The notes under the pieces are model-generated. The model saw nothing but the letters and a program-made list of their open reading frames with translations, had not been told where the DNA came from and made no database searches. Both the position numbers and the translations under genes were made by a program. From the human T2T-CHM13v2.0 reference genome, Homo sapiens: a stretch of 64,000 nucleotides of DNA. This document shows positions 51,660 to 62,100 of the stretch, piece after piece. How positions within the stretch are numbered: position 1 is the stretch's first letter; each line of letters starts with the position of its first letter. The DNA lies in NCBI RefSeq assembly GCF_009914755.1, contig NC_060944.1. One strand, 5' to 3'.

Positions 51660-54036
51660 TTCATGTAAACTCTAGACAGAAGCATTCTCAGAAACTGCTT
51701 TGGGATGTTTCAATTGAAGTCCCAGTGTTGAACATTCCCTTTCATAGAGCAGGTTTGAAACACTCTTTTTGTACTATCTGGAAGTGGACATTTGGAGCGC
51801 TTTCAGGTCTACGGTGAAAAAGGAGATATCTTCCAATAAAAACTAGATAGAAGCAATGTCAGAACTTTTTTCATGATGTATCTACTCAGCAAACAGAGTT
51901 GAACCTTTCTTTTGAGAGAGCAGTTTTGAAACACTCTTTTTGTGGAATATGCAAGTGGGTATTAGGCCAGCTTGGAGGATTTCGTTGGAAACGGGAATAC
52001 GTATAAAAAGCAGACAGCAGCATTGTCAGAAACTACTTTGTGATGTTTGCATTCAAGTCACAGAATTGAACACTCCCTTTCACAGAGCAGGTTTGAAACA
52101 CTCTTTTTGTAGTGTCTATAAGTGAACATTTGGCGTGCTTTCAGGCCTAACGTGAAAAAGGAAATATCTTCCCATAAAAACTAGACAGAAGCATTCTCAG
52201 AAACTTGTTCTTGATGTGTCCCCTCTACTGACAGAGTTGAACCTTTCTTTGCAAAGAGCAGCTTTGAAACACTCTTTTTGTAGAATCTGCAAGAGGATAT
52301 TTGGATAGCTTGGAGGATTTCGTTGGAAACGGGTATGTCTTCAGATAAACTCTAGACAGAAGCATTCTCAGAAACTTCTTTGGGATGTTGCATTCAAGTC
52401 ACAGAGTAGAACATTCCCATTCATAGAGCAGATTTGAAACACTCTTTTTGTAGTATCTGGAAGTGGACATTTGGAGCGCTTTCAGGCCTATGTTGAAAAA
52501 GGAAATATCTTCCCATAAAAACTAGACGGAAGCATTCTCAGAAACTTATTTGTGATGTGTTTGCTCAACTAACAGGATTGAACCATCGTTTTGAAGGAGC
52601 AGTTTTGAAACACTGTTTTCGTGGAATCTGCAAGTGGATATTTGGCTAGCTTTGAGGATTTCGTTGGAAACGGGATTACATATAAAAAGGAGACAGCAGC
52701 ATTCTCAGAAACTTCTTTGTGATGTCTGCATTCAATTCACAGAGTTGAGCATTCCCTTTCATAGAGCAGGTTGGAAACACTCTTTTTGTAGTATCTGGAT
52801 GAGGACATTTGGAGCGCTTTCAGGCGTATGGTGAAAAAGGAAATATCTTCCCGTAAAAACTAGACAGAAGCCTTCTCAGAAGTTTATTTGTGATGTGTGC
52901 CCTCAACTAACAGAGTTGAACCTTTCTTTTGATAGAGCAGTTTTGAAACACTCTTTTTGTAAAATCTGCAAGAGGATATTTGGATAGCTTTGAGGATTTC
53001 GTTGCAAACGGGAATGGCTTCATATAAACTCTAGACAGAAGCATTCTCAGAAACTTCGTTGGGATGTTTCGATTGAAGTCCCAGTGTTGAACATTCCCTT
53101 TTATAGAGCAGGTTGGAAACACTCTTTCTGCATTCCCTGGAAGTGGACATTTGGAGCGCTTTCAGGACGACGGTGAAAATGGAAATATCTTCCAAGAAAA
53201 TCTAGATAGAAGCAATGTCAGAAACTTTTATGTGATGGATCTACTCAGCTAACAGAGTTGAACCTTTCTTTTGAGAGAGCAGTTTTGCAACACTCTTTTT
53301 GTGGAATATGCAAGTGGATATTAGGGCAGCTTTGAGGATTTCGTTGGAAACGGGAATACATGTAAAAAGCAGACAGCAGCATTCTCAGAAACTTCTTTGT
53401 GATGTTTGCATTGAAGTCACAGAGTTGAACATTCCCTTTGAGAGAGCAGGTTTGAAACACGCCTTTTGTCATATCTGGAAGTGTCCATTCGGAGCGCATT
53501 CAGGCTTGTGTTGAAAAAGGAAATATCCTCCCATAAAAACTAGACAGAAGCATTCTCAGAAACTTATCTGTGATGTATGTACTCAACTAACAGAACTAAA
53601 CCATCGTTTTGAAGGAGCAGTTTTGAAACACTCTTTTTGCGGAATCTGCAAGTGGATATTTGGCTAGCTGGGAGGATTTCGTTGGAAACGGGATTACATA
53701 CAAAAAGCAGAGAGCAGCATTCTCAGAAACTTCTTTGTGATGTTTGCATTCAAGTCACAGAGTTGAACATTCCCTTTCATAGAGCAGGTTTGAAACACTC
53801 TTTTTGTAGTATCTGGATGTGGACATTTGGATCGCTTTCAGGCCTATGGTGAAAAAGGAAATATCTTCCCATGAAAACTAGACAGAAGCATTCTCAGAAA
53901 CTTATTTGTGATGTGTGCCCTCAACTGACAGTGTTGAACCTTTGTTTTGATAGAGCAGTTCTGAAACACACTTTTTGTAAAATCTGCAAGAGGATATTTG
54001 GATAGCTTTGAGGATTTCGTTGGAAACGGGAATGTC
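51660..54036 (+). repeat. Variant 14-mer HOR (U20, 2377 bp; 342-bp dimer deleted)
   Basis: Marker spacing 51940 to 54317 is 2377 bp. A hybrid monomer at ~52065-52140 joins AATTGAACACTCCC to GTCTATAAGTGAACATTTGGCGTG. Confidence 0.96.
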
Positions 54037-56755
54037 TTCATGTAAACTCTAGACAGAAGCATTCTCAGAAACTGCTTTGGGATGTTTCAATTGAAGTCCC
54101 AGTGTTGAACATTCCCATTCATAGAGCAGGTTTGAAACACTCTTTTTGTACTATCTGGAAGTGGACATTTGGAGCGCTTTCAGGTCTACGGTGAAAAAGG
54201 AGATATCTTCCAATAAAAACTAGATAGAAGCAATGTCAGAACTTTTTTCATGATGTATCTACTCAGCAAACAGAGTTGAACCTTTCTTTTGAGAGAGCAG
54301 TTTTGAAACACTCTTTTTGTGGAATATGCAAGTGGGTATTAGGCCAGCTTGGAGGATTTCGTTGGAAACGGGAATACGTATAAAAAGCAGACAGCAGCAT
54401 TGTCAGAAACTACTTTGTGATGTTTGCATTCAAGTCACAGAATTGAACACTCCCTTTCACAGAGCAGGTTTGAAACACTCTTTTTGTAGTGTCTGTAAGT
54501 GAACATTTGGATTGCTTTCAGGCCTAAGGTGAAAAAGGAAATATCTTCCCATAAAAACTAGACAGAAGCATTCTCAGAAACTTGTTTGTGATGTGTGCCC
54601 TCTACTGACAGAGTTGAACCTTTCTTTGCAAAGAGCAGTTTTGAAACACTCTTTTTGTAGAATCTGCAAGAGGATATTTGGATAGCTTTGAGGATTTCTT
54701 GGGAAACGGGAATGTCTTCAGATAAACTCTAGACAGAAGCATTCTCAGAAACTTCTTTGGGATGTTTCAATTGAAGTCACAGTGTTGAACATTCCCTTTC
54801 ACAGAGCAGGTTTGAAACACTCTTTTTGTAGTGTCTATAAGTGAACATTTGGCGTGCTTTCAGGCCTAACGTGAAAAAGGAAATATCTTCCCATAAAAAC
54901 TAGACAGAAGCATTCTCAGAAACTTGTTCGTGATGTGTGCCCTCTACTGACAGAGTTGAACCTTTCTTTGCAAAGAGCAGCTTTGAAACACACTTTTTGT
55001 AGAATCTGCAAGAGGATATTTGGATAGCTTGGAGGATTTCGTTGGAAACGGGTTTCTCTTCAGATAAACTCTAGACAGAAGCATTCTCAGAAACTTCTTT
55101 GGGATGTTGCATTCAAGTCACAGAGTAGAACATTCCCATTCATAGAGCAGATTTGAAACACTCTTTTTGTAGTATCTGGAAGTGGACATTTGGAGCGCTT
55201 TCAGGCCTATGTTGAAAAAGGAAATATCTTCCCATAAAAACTAGACGGAAGCATTCTCAGAAACTTATTTGTGATGTGTTTGCTCAACTAACAGGATTGA
55301 ACCATCGTTTTGAAGGAGCAGTTTTGAAACACTGTTTTCGTGGAATCTGCAAGTGGATATTTGGCTAGCTTTGAGGATTTCGTTGGAAACGGGATTACAT
55401 ATAAAAAGGAGACAGCAGCATTCTCAGAAACTTCTTTGTGATGTCTGCATTCAAGTCACAGAGTTGAGCATTCCCTTTCATAGAGCAGGTTGGAAACACT
55501 CTTTTTGTAGTATCTGGATGAGGACATTTGGAGCGCTTTCAGGCGTATGGTGAAAAAGGAAATATCTTCCCGTAAAAACTAGACAGAAGCATTCTCAGAA
55601 GTTTATTTGTGATGTGTGCCCTCAACTAACAGAGTTGAACCTTTCTTTTGATAGAGCAGTTTTGAAACACTCTTTTTGTAAAATCTGCAAGAGGATATTT
55701 GGATAGCTTTGAGGATTTCGTTGCAAACGGGAATGGCTTCATATAAACTCTAGACAGAAGCATTCTCAGAAACTTCGTTGGGATGTTTCGATTGAAGTCC
55801 CAGTGTTGAACATTCCCTTTTATAGAGCAGGTTGGAAACACTCTTTCTGCATTCCCTGGAAGTGGACATTTGGAGCGCTTTCAGGACGACGGTGAAAATG
55901 GAAATATCTTCCAAGAAAATCTAGATAGAAGCAATGTCAGAAACTTTTATGTGATGGATCTACTCAGCTAACAGAGTTGAACCTTTCTTTTGAGAGAGCA
56001 GTTTTGCAACACTCTTTTTGTGGAATATGCAAGTGGATATTAGGGCAGCTTTGAGGATTTCGTTGGAAACGGGAATACATGTAAAAAGCAGACAGCAGCA
56101 TTCTCAGAAACTTCTTTGTGATGTTTGCATTGAAGTCACAGAGTTGAACATTCCCTTTGAGAGAGCAGGTTTGAAACACGCCTTTTGTCATATCTGGAAG
56201 TGTCCATTCGGAGCGCATTCAGGCTTGTGTTGAAAAAGGAAATATCCTCCCATAAAAACTAGACAGAAGCATTCTCAGAAACTTATCTGTGATGTATGTA
56301 CTCAACTAACAGAACTAAACCATTGTTTTGAAGGAACAGTTTTGAAACACTCTTTTTGCGGAATCTGCAAGTGGATATTTGGCTAGCTGGGAGGATTTCG
56401 TTGGAAACGGGATTACATACAAAAAGCAGAGAGCAGCATTCTCAGAAACTTCTTTGTGATGTTTGCATTCAAGTCACAGAGTTGAACATTCCCTTTCATA
56501 GAGCAGGTTTGAAACACTCTTTTTGTAGTATCTGGATGTGGACATTTGGATCGCTTTCAGGCCTATGGTGAAAAAGGAAATATCTTCCCATGAAGACTAG
56601 ACAGAAGCATTCTCAGAAACTTATTTGTGATGTGTGCCCTCAACTGACAGTGTTGAACCTTTGTTTTGATAGAGCAGTTCTGAAACACACTTTTCGTGAA
56701 ATCTGCAAGAGGATATTTGGATAGCTTTGAGGATTTCGTTGGAAACGGGAATGTC
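54037..56755 (+). repeat. 16-mer HOR (U21)
   Basis: 2719-bp spacing; the degenerate box is present. Confidence 0.96.
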
Positions 56756-59132
56756 TTCATGTAAACTCTAGACAGAAGCATTCTCAGAAACTGCTTTGGG
56801 ATGTTTCAATTGAAGTCCCAGTGTTGAACATTCCCTTTCATAGAGCAGGTTTGAAACACTCTTTTTGTACTATCTGGAAGTGGACATTTGGAGCGCTTTC
56901 AGGTCTACGGTGAAAAAGGAGATATCTTCCAATAAAAACTAGATAGAAGCAATGTCAGAACTTTTTTCATGATGTATCTACTCAGCAAACAGAGTTGAAC
57001 CTTTCTTTTGAGAGAGCAGTTTTGAAACACTCTTTTTGTGGAATATGCAAGTGGGTATTAGGCCAGCTTGGAGGATTTCGTTGGAAACGGGAATACGTAT
57101 AAAAAGCAGACAGCAGCATTGTCAGAAACTACTTTGTGATGTTTGCATTCAAGTCACAGAATTGAACACTCCCTTTCACAGAGCAGGTTTGAAACACTCT
57201 TTTTGTAGTGTCTATAAGTGAACATTTGGCGTGCTTTCAGGCCTAACGTGAAAAAGGAAATATCTTCCCATAAAAACTAGACAGAAGCATTCTCAGAAAC
57301 TTGTTCTTGATGTGTCCCCTCTACTGACAGAGTTGAACCTTTCTTTGCAAAGAGCAGCTTTGAAACACTCTTTTTGTAGAATCTGCAAGAGGATATTTGG
57401 ATAGCTTGGAGGATTTCGTTGGAAACGGGTATGTCTTCAGATAAACTCTAGACAGAAGCATTCTCAGAAACTTCTTTGGGATGTTGCATTCAAGTCACAG
57501 AGTAGAACATTCCCATTCATAGAGCAGATTTGAAACACTCTTTTTGTAGTATCTGGAAGTGGACATTTGGAGCGCTTTCAGGCCTATGTTGAAAAAGGAA
57601 ATATCTTCCCATAAAAACTAGACGGAAGCATTCTCAGAAACTTATTTGTGATGTGTTTGCTCAACTAACAGGATTGAACCATCGTTTTGAAGGAGCAGTT
57701 TTGAAACACTGTTTTCGTGGAATCTGCAAGTGGATATTTGGCTAGCTTTGAGGATTTCGTTGGAAACGGGATTACATATAAAAAGGAGACAGCAGCATTC
57801 TCAGAAACTTCTTTGTGATGTCTGCATTCAATTCACAGAGTTGAGCATTCCCTTTCATAGAGCAGGTTGGAAACACTCTTTTTGTAGTATCTGGATGAGG
57901 ACATTTGGAGCGCTTTCAGGCGTATGGTGAAAAAGGAAATATCTTCCCGTAAAAACTAGACAGAAGCCTTCTCAGAAGTTTATTTGTGATGTGTGCCCTC
58001 AACTAACAGAGTTGAACCTTTCTTTTGATAGAGCAGTTTTGAAACACTCTTTTTGTAAAATCTGCAAGAGGATATTTGGATAGCTTTGAGGATTTCGTTG
58101 CAAACGGGAATGGCTTCATATAAACTCTAGACAGAAGCATTCTCAGAAACTTCGTTGGGATGTTTCGATTGAAGTCCCAGTGTTGAACATTCCCTTTTAT
58201 AGAGCAGGTTGGAAACACTCTTTCTGCATTCCCTGGAAGTGGACATTTGGAGCGCTTTCAGGACGACGGTGAAAATGGAAATATCTTCCAAGAAAATCTA
58301 GATAGAAGCAATGTCAGAAACTTTTGTGTGATGGATCTACTCAGCTAACAGAGTTGAACCTTTCTTTTGAGAGAGCAGTTTTGCAACACTCTTTTTGTGG
58401 AATATGCAAGTGGATATTAGGGCAGCTTTGAGGATTTCGTTGGAAACGGGAATACATGTAAAAAGCAGACAGCAGCATTCTCAGAAACTTCTTTGTGATG
58501 TTTGCATTGAAGTCACAGAGTTGAACATTCCCTTTGAGAGAGCAGGTTTGAAACACGCCTTTTGTCATATCTGGAAGTGTCCATTCGGAGCGCATTCAGG
58601 CTTGTGTTGAAAAAGGAAATATCCTCCCATAAAAACTAGACAGAAGCATTCTCAGAAACTTATCTGTGATGTATGTACTCAACTAACAGAACTAAACCAT
58701 CGTTTTGAAGGAGCAGTTTTGAAACACTCTTTTTGCGGAATCTGCAAGTGGATATTTGGCTAGCTGGGAGGATTTCGTTGGAAACGGGATTACATACAAA
58801 AAGCAGACAGCAGCATTCTCAGAAACTTCTTTGTGATGTTTGCATTCAAGTCACAGAGTTGAACATTCCCTTTCATAGAGCAGGTTTGAAACACTCTTTT
58901 TGTAGTATCTAGATGTGGACATTTGGATCGCTTTCAGGCCTATGGTGAAAAAGGAAATATCGTCCCATGAAAACTAGACAGAAGCATTCTCAGAAACTTA
59001 TTTGTGATGTGTGCCCTCAACTGACAGTGTTGAACCTTTGTTTTGATAGAGCAGTTCTGAAACACACTTTTTGTAAAATCTGCAAGAGGATATTTGGATA
59101 GCTTTGAGGATTTCGTTGGAAACGGGAATGTC
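56756..59132 (+). repeat. Variant 14-mer HOR (U22, 2377 bp; same junction as U20)
   Basis: Marker spacing 57036 to 59413 is 2377 bp, with the identical hybrid monomer at ~57161-57236. Confidence 0.96.
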
Positions 59133-62100
59133 TTCATGTAAACTCTAGACAGAAGCATTCTCAGAAACTGCTTTGGGATGTTTCAATTGAAGTCCCAGTG
59201 TTGAACATTCCCATTCATAGAGCAGGTTTGAAACACTCTTTTTGTACTATCTGGAAGTGGACATTTGGAGCGCTTTCAGGTCTACGGTGAAAAAGGAGAT
59301 ATCTTCCAATAAAAACTAGATAGAAGCAATGTCAGAACTTTTTTCATGATGTATCTACTCAGCAAACAGAGTTGAACCTTTCTTTTGAGAGAGCAGTTTT
59401 GAAACACTCTTTTTGTGGAATATGCAAGTGGGTATTAGGCCAGCTTGGAGGATTTCGTTGGAAACGGGAATACGTATAAAAAGCAGACAGCAGCATTGTC
59501 AGAAACTACTTTGTGATGTTTGCATTCAAGTCACAGAATTGAACACTCCCTTTCACAGAGCAGGTTTGAAACACTCTTTTTGTAGTGTCTGTAAGTGAAC
59601 ATTTGGATTGCTTTCAGGCCTAAGGTGAAAAAGGAAATATCTTCCCATAAAAACTAGACAGAAGCATTCTCAGAAACTTGTTTGTGATGTGTGCCCTCTA
59701 CTGACAGAGTTGAAACTTTCTTTGCAAAGAGCAGTTTTGAAACACTCTTTTTGTAGAATCTGCAAGAGGATATTTGGATAGCTTTGAGGATTTCTTGGGA
59801 AACGGGAATGTCTTCAGATAAACTCTAGACAGAAGCATTCTCAGAAACTTCTTTGGGATGTTTCAATTGAAGTCACAGTGTTGAACATTCCCTTTCACAG
59901 AGCAGGTTTGAAACACTCTTTTTGTAGTGTCTATAAGTGAACATTTGGCGTGCTTTCAGGCCTAACGTGAAAAAGGAAATATCTTCCCATAAAAACTAGA
60001 CAGAAGCATTCTCAGAAACTTGTTCTTGATGTGTGCCCTCTACTGACAGAGTTGAACCTTTCTTTGCAAAGAGCAGCTTTGAAACACTCTTTTTGTAGAA
60101 TCTGCAAGAGGATATTTGGATAGCTTGGAGGATTTCGTTGGAAACGGGTATGTCTTCAGATAAACTCTAGACAGAAGCATTCTCAGAAACTTCTTTGGGA
60201 TGTTGCATTCAAGTCACAGAGTAGAACATTCCCATTCATAGAGCAGATTTGAAACACTCTTTTTGTAGTATCTGGAAGTGGACATTTGGAGCGCTTTCAG
60301 GCCTATGTTGAAAAAGGAAATATCTTCCCATAAAAACTAGACGGAAGCATTCTCAGAAACTTATTTGTGATGTGTTTGCTCAACTAACAGGATTGAACCA
60401 TCGTTTTGAAGGAGCAGTTTTGAAACACTGTTTTCGTGGAATCTGCAAGTGGATATTTGGCTAGCTTTGAGGATTTCGTTGGAAACGGGATTACATATAA
60501 AAAGGAGACAGCAGCATTCTCAGAAACTTCTTTGTGATGTCTGCATTCAATTCACAGAGTTGAGCATTCCCTTTCATAGAGCAGGTTGGAAACACTCTTT
60601 TTGTAGTATCTGGATGAGGACATTTGGAGCGCTTTCAGGCGTATGGTGAAAAAGGAAATATCTTCCCGTAAAAACTAGACAGAAGCATTCTCAGAAGTTT
60701 ATTTGTGATGTGTGCCCTCAACTAACAGAGTTGAACCTTTCTTTTGATAGAGCAGTTTTGAAACACTCTTTTTGTAAAATCTGCAAGAGGATATTTGGAT
60801 AGCTTTGAGGATTTCGTTGCAAACGGGAATGGCTTCATATAAACTCTAGACAGAAGCATTCTCAGAAACTTCGTTGGGATGTTTCGATTGAAGTCCCAGT
60901 GTTGAACATTCCCTTTTATAGAGCAGGTTGGAAACACTCTTTCTGCATTCCCTGGAAGTGGACATTTGGAGCGCTTTCAGGACGACGGTGAAAATGGAAA
61001 TATCTTCCAAGAAAATCTAGATAGAAGCAACGTCAGAAACTTTTATGTGATGGATCTACTCAGCTAACAGAGTTGAACCTTTCTTTTGAGAGAGCAGTTT
61101 TGCAACACTCTTTTTGTGGAATATGCAAGTGGATATTAGGGCAGCTTTGAGGATTTCGTTGGAAACGGGAATACATGTAAAAAGCAGACAGCAGCATTCT
61201 CAGAAACTTCTTTGTGATGTTTGCATTGAAGTCACAGAGTTGAACATTCCCTTTGAGAGAGCAGGTTTGAAACACGCCTTTTGTCATATCTGGAAGTGTC
61301 CATTCGGAGCGCATTCAGGCTTGTGTTGAAAAAGGAAATATCCTCCCATAAAAACTAGACAGAAGCATTCTCAGAAACTTATCTGTGATGTATGTACTCA
61401 ACTAACAGAACTAAACCATCGTTTTGAAGGAGCAGTTTTGAAACACTCTTTTTGCGGAATCTGCAAGTGGATATTTGGCTAGCTGGGAGGATTTCGTTGG
61501 AAACGGGATTACATACAAAAAGCAGACAGCAGCATTCTCAGAAACTTCTTTGTGATGTTTGCATTCAAGTCACAGAGTTGAACATTCCCTTTCATAGAGC
61601 AGGTTTGAAACACTCTTTTTGTAGTATCTGGATGTGGACATTTGGATCGCTTTCAGGCCTATGGTGAAAAAGGAAATATCTTCCCATGAAGACTAGACAG
61701 AAGCATTCTCAGAAACTTATTTGTGATGTGTGCCCTCAACTGACAGTGTTGAACCTTTGTTTTGATAGAGCAGTTCTGAAACACACTTTTTGTAAAATCT
61801 GCAAGAGGATATTTGGATAGCTTTGAGGATTTCGTTGGAAACGGGAATGTCTTCATGTAAACTCTAGACAGAAGCATTCTCAGAAACTGCTTTGGGATGT
61901 TTCAATTGAAGTCCCAGTGTTGAACATTCCCATTCATAGAGCAGGTTTGAAACACTCTTTTTGTACTATCTGGAAGTGGACATTTGGAGCGCTTTCAGGT
62001 CTACGGTGAAAAAGGAGATATCTTCCAATAAAAACTAGATAGAAGCAATGTCAGAACTTTTTTCATGATGTATCTACTCAGCAAACAGAGTTGAACCTTT

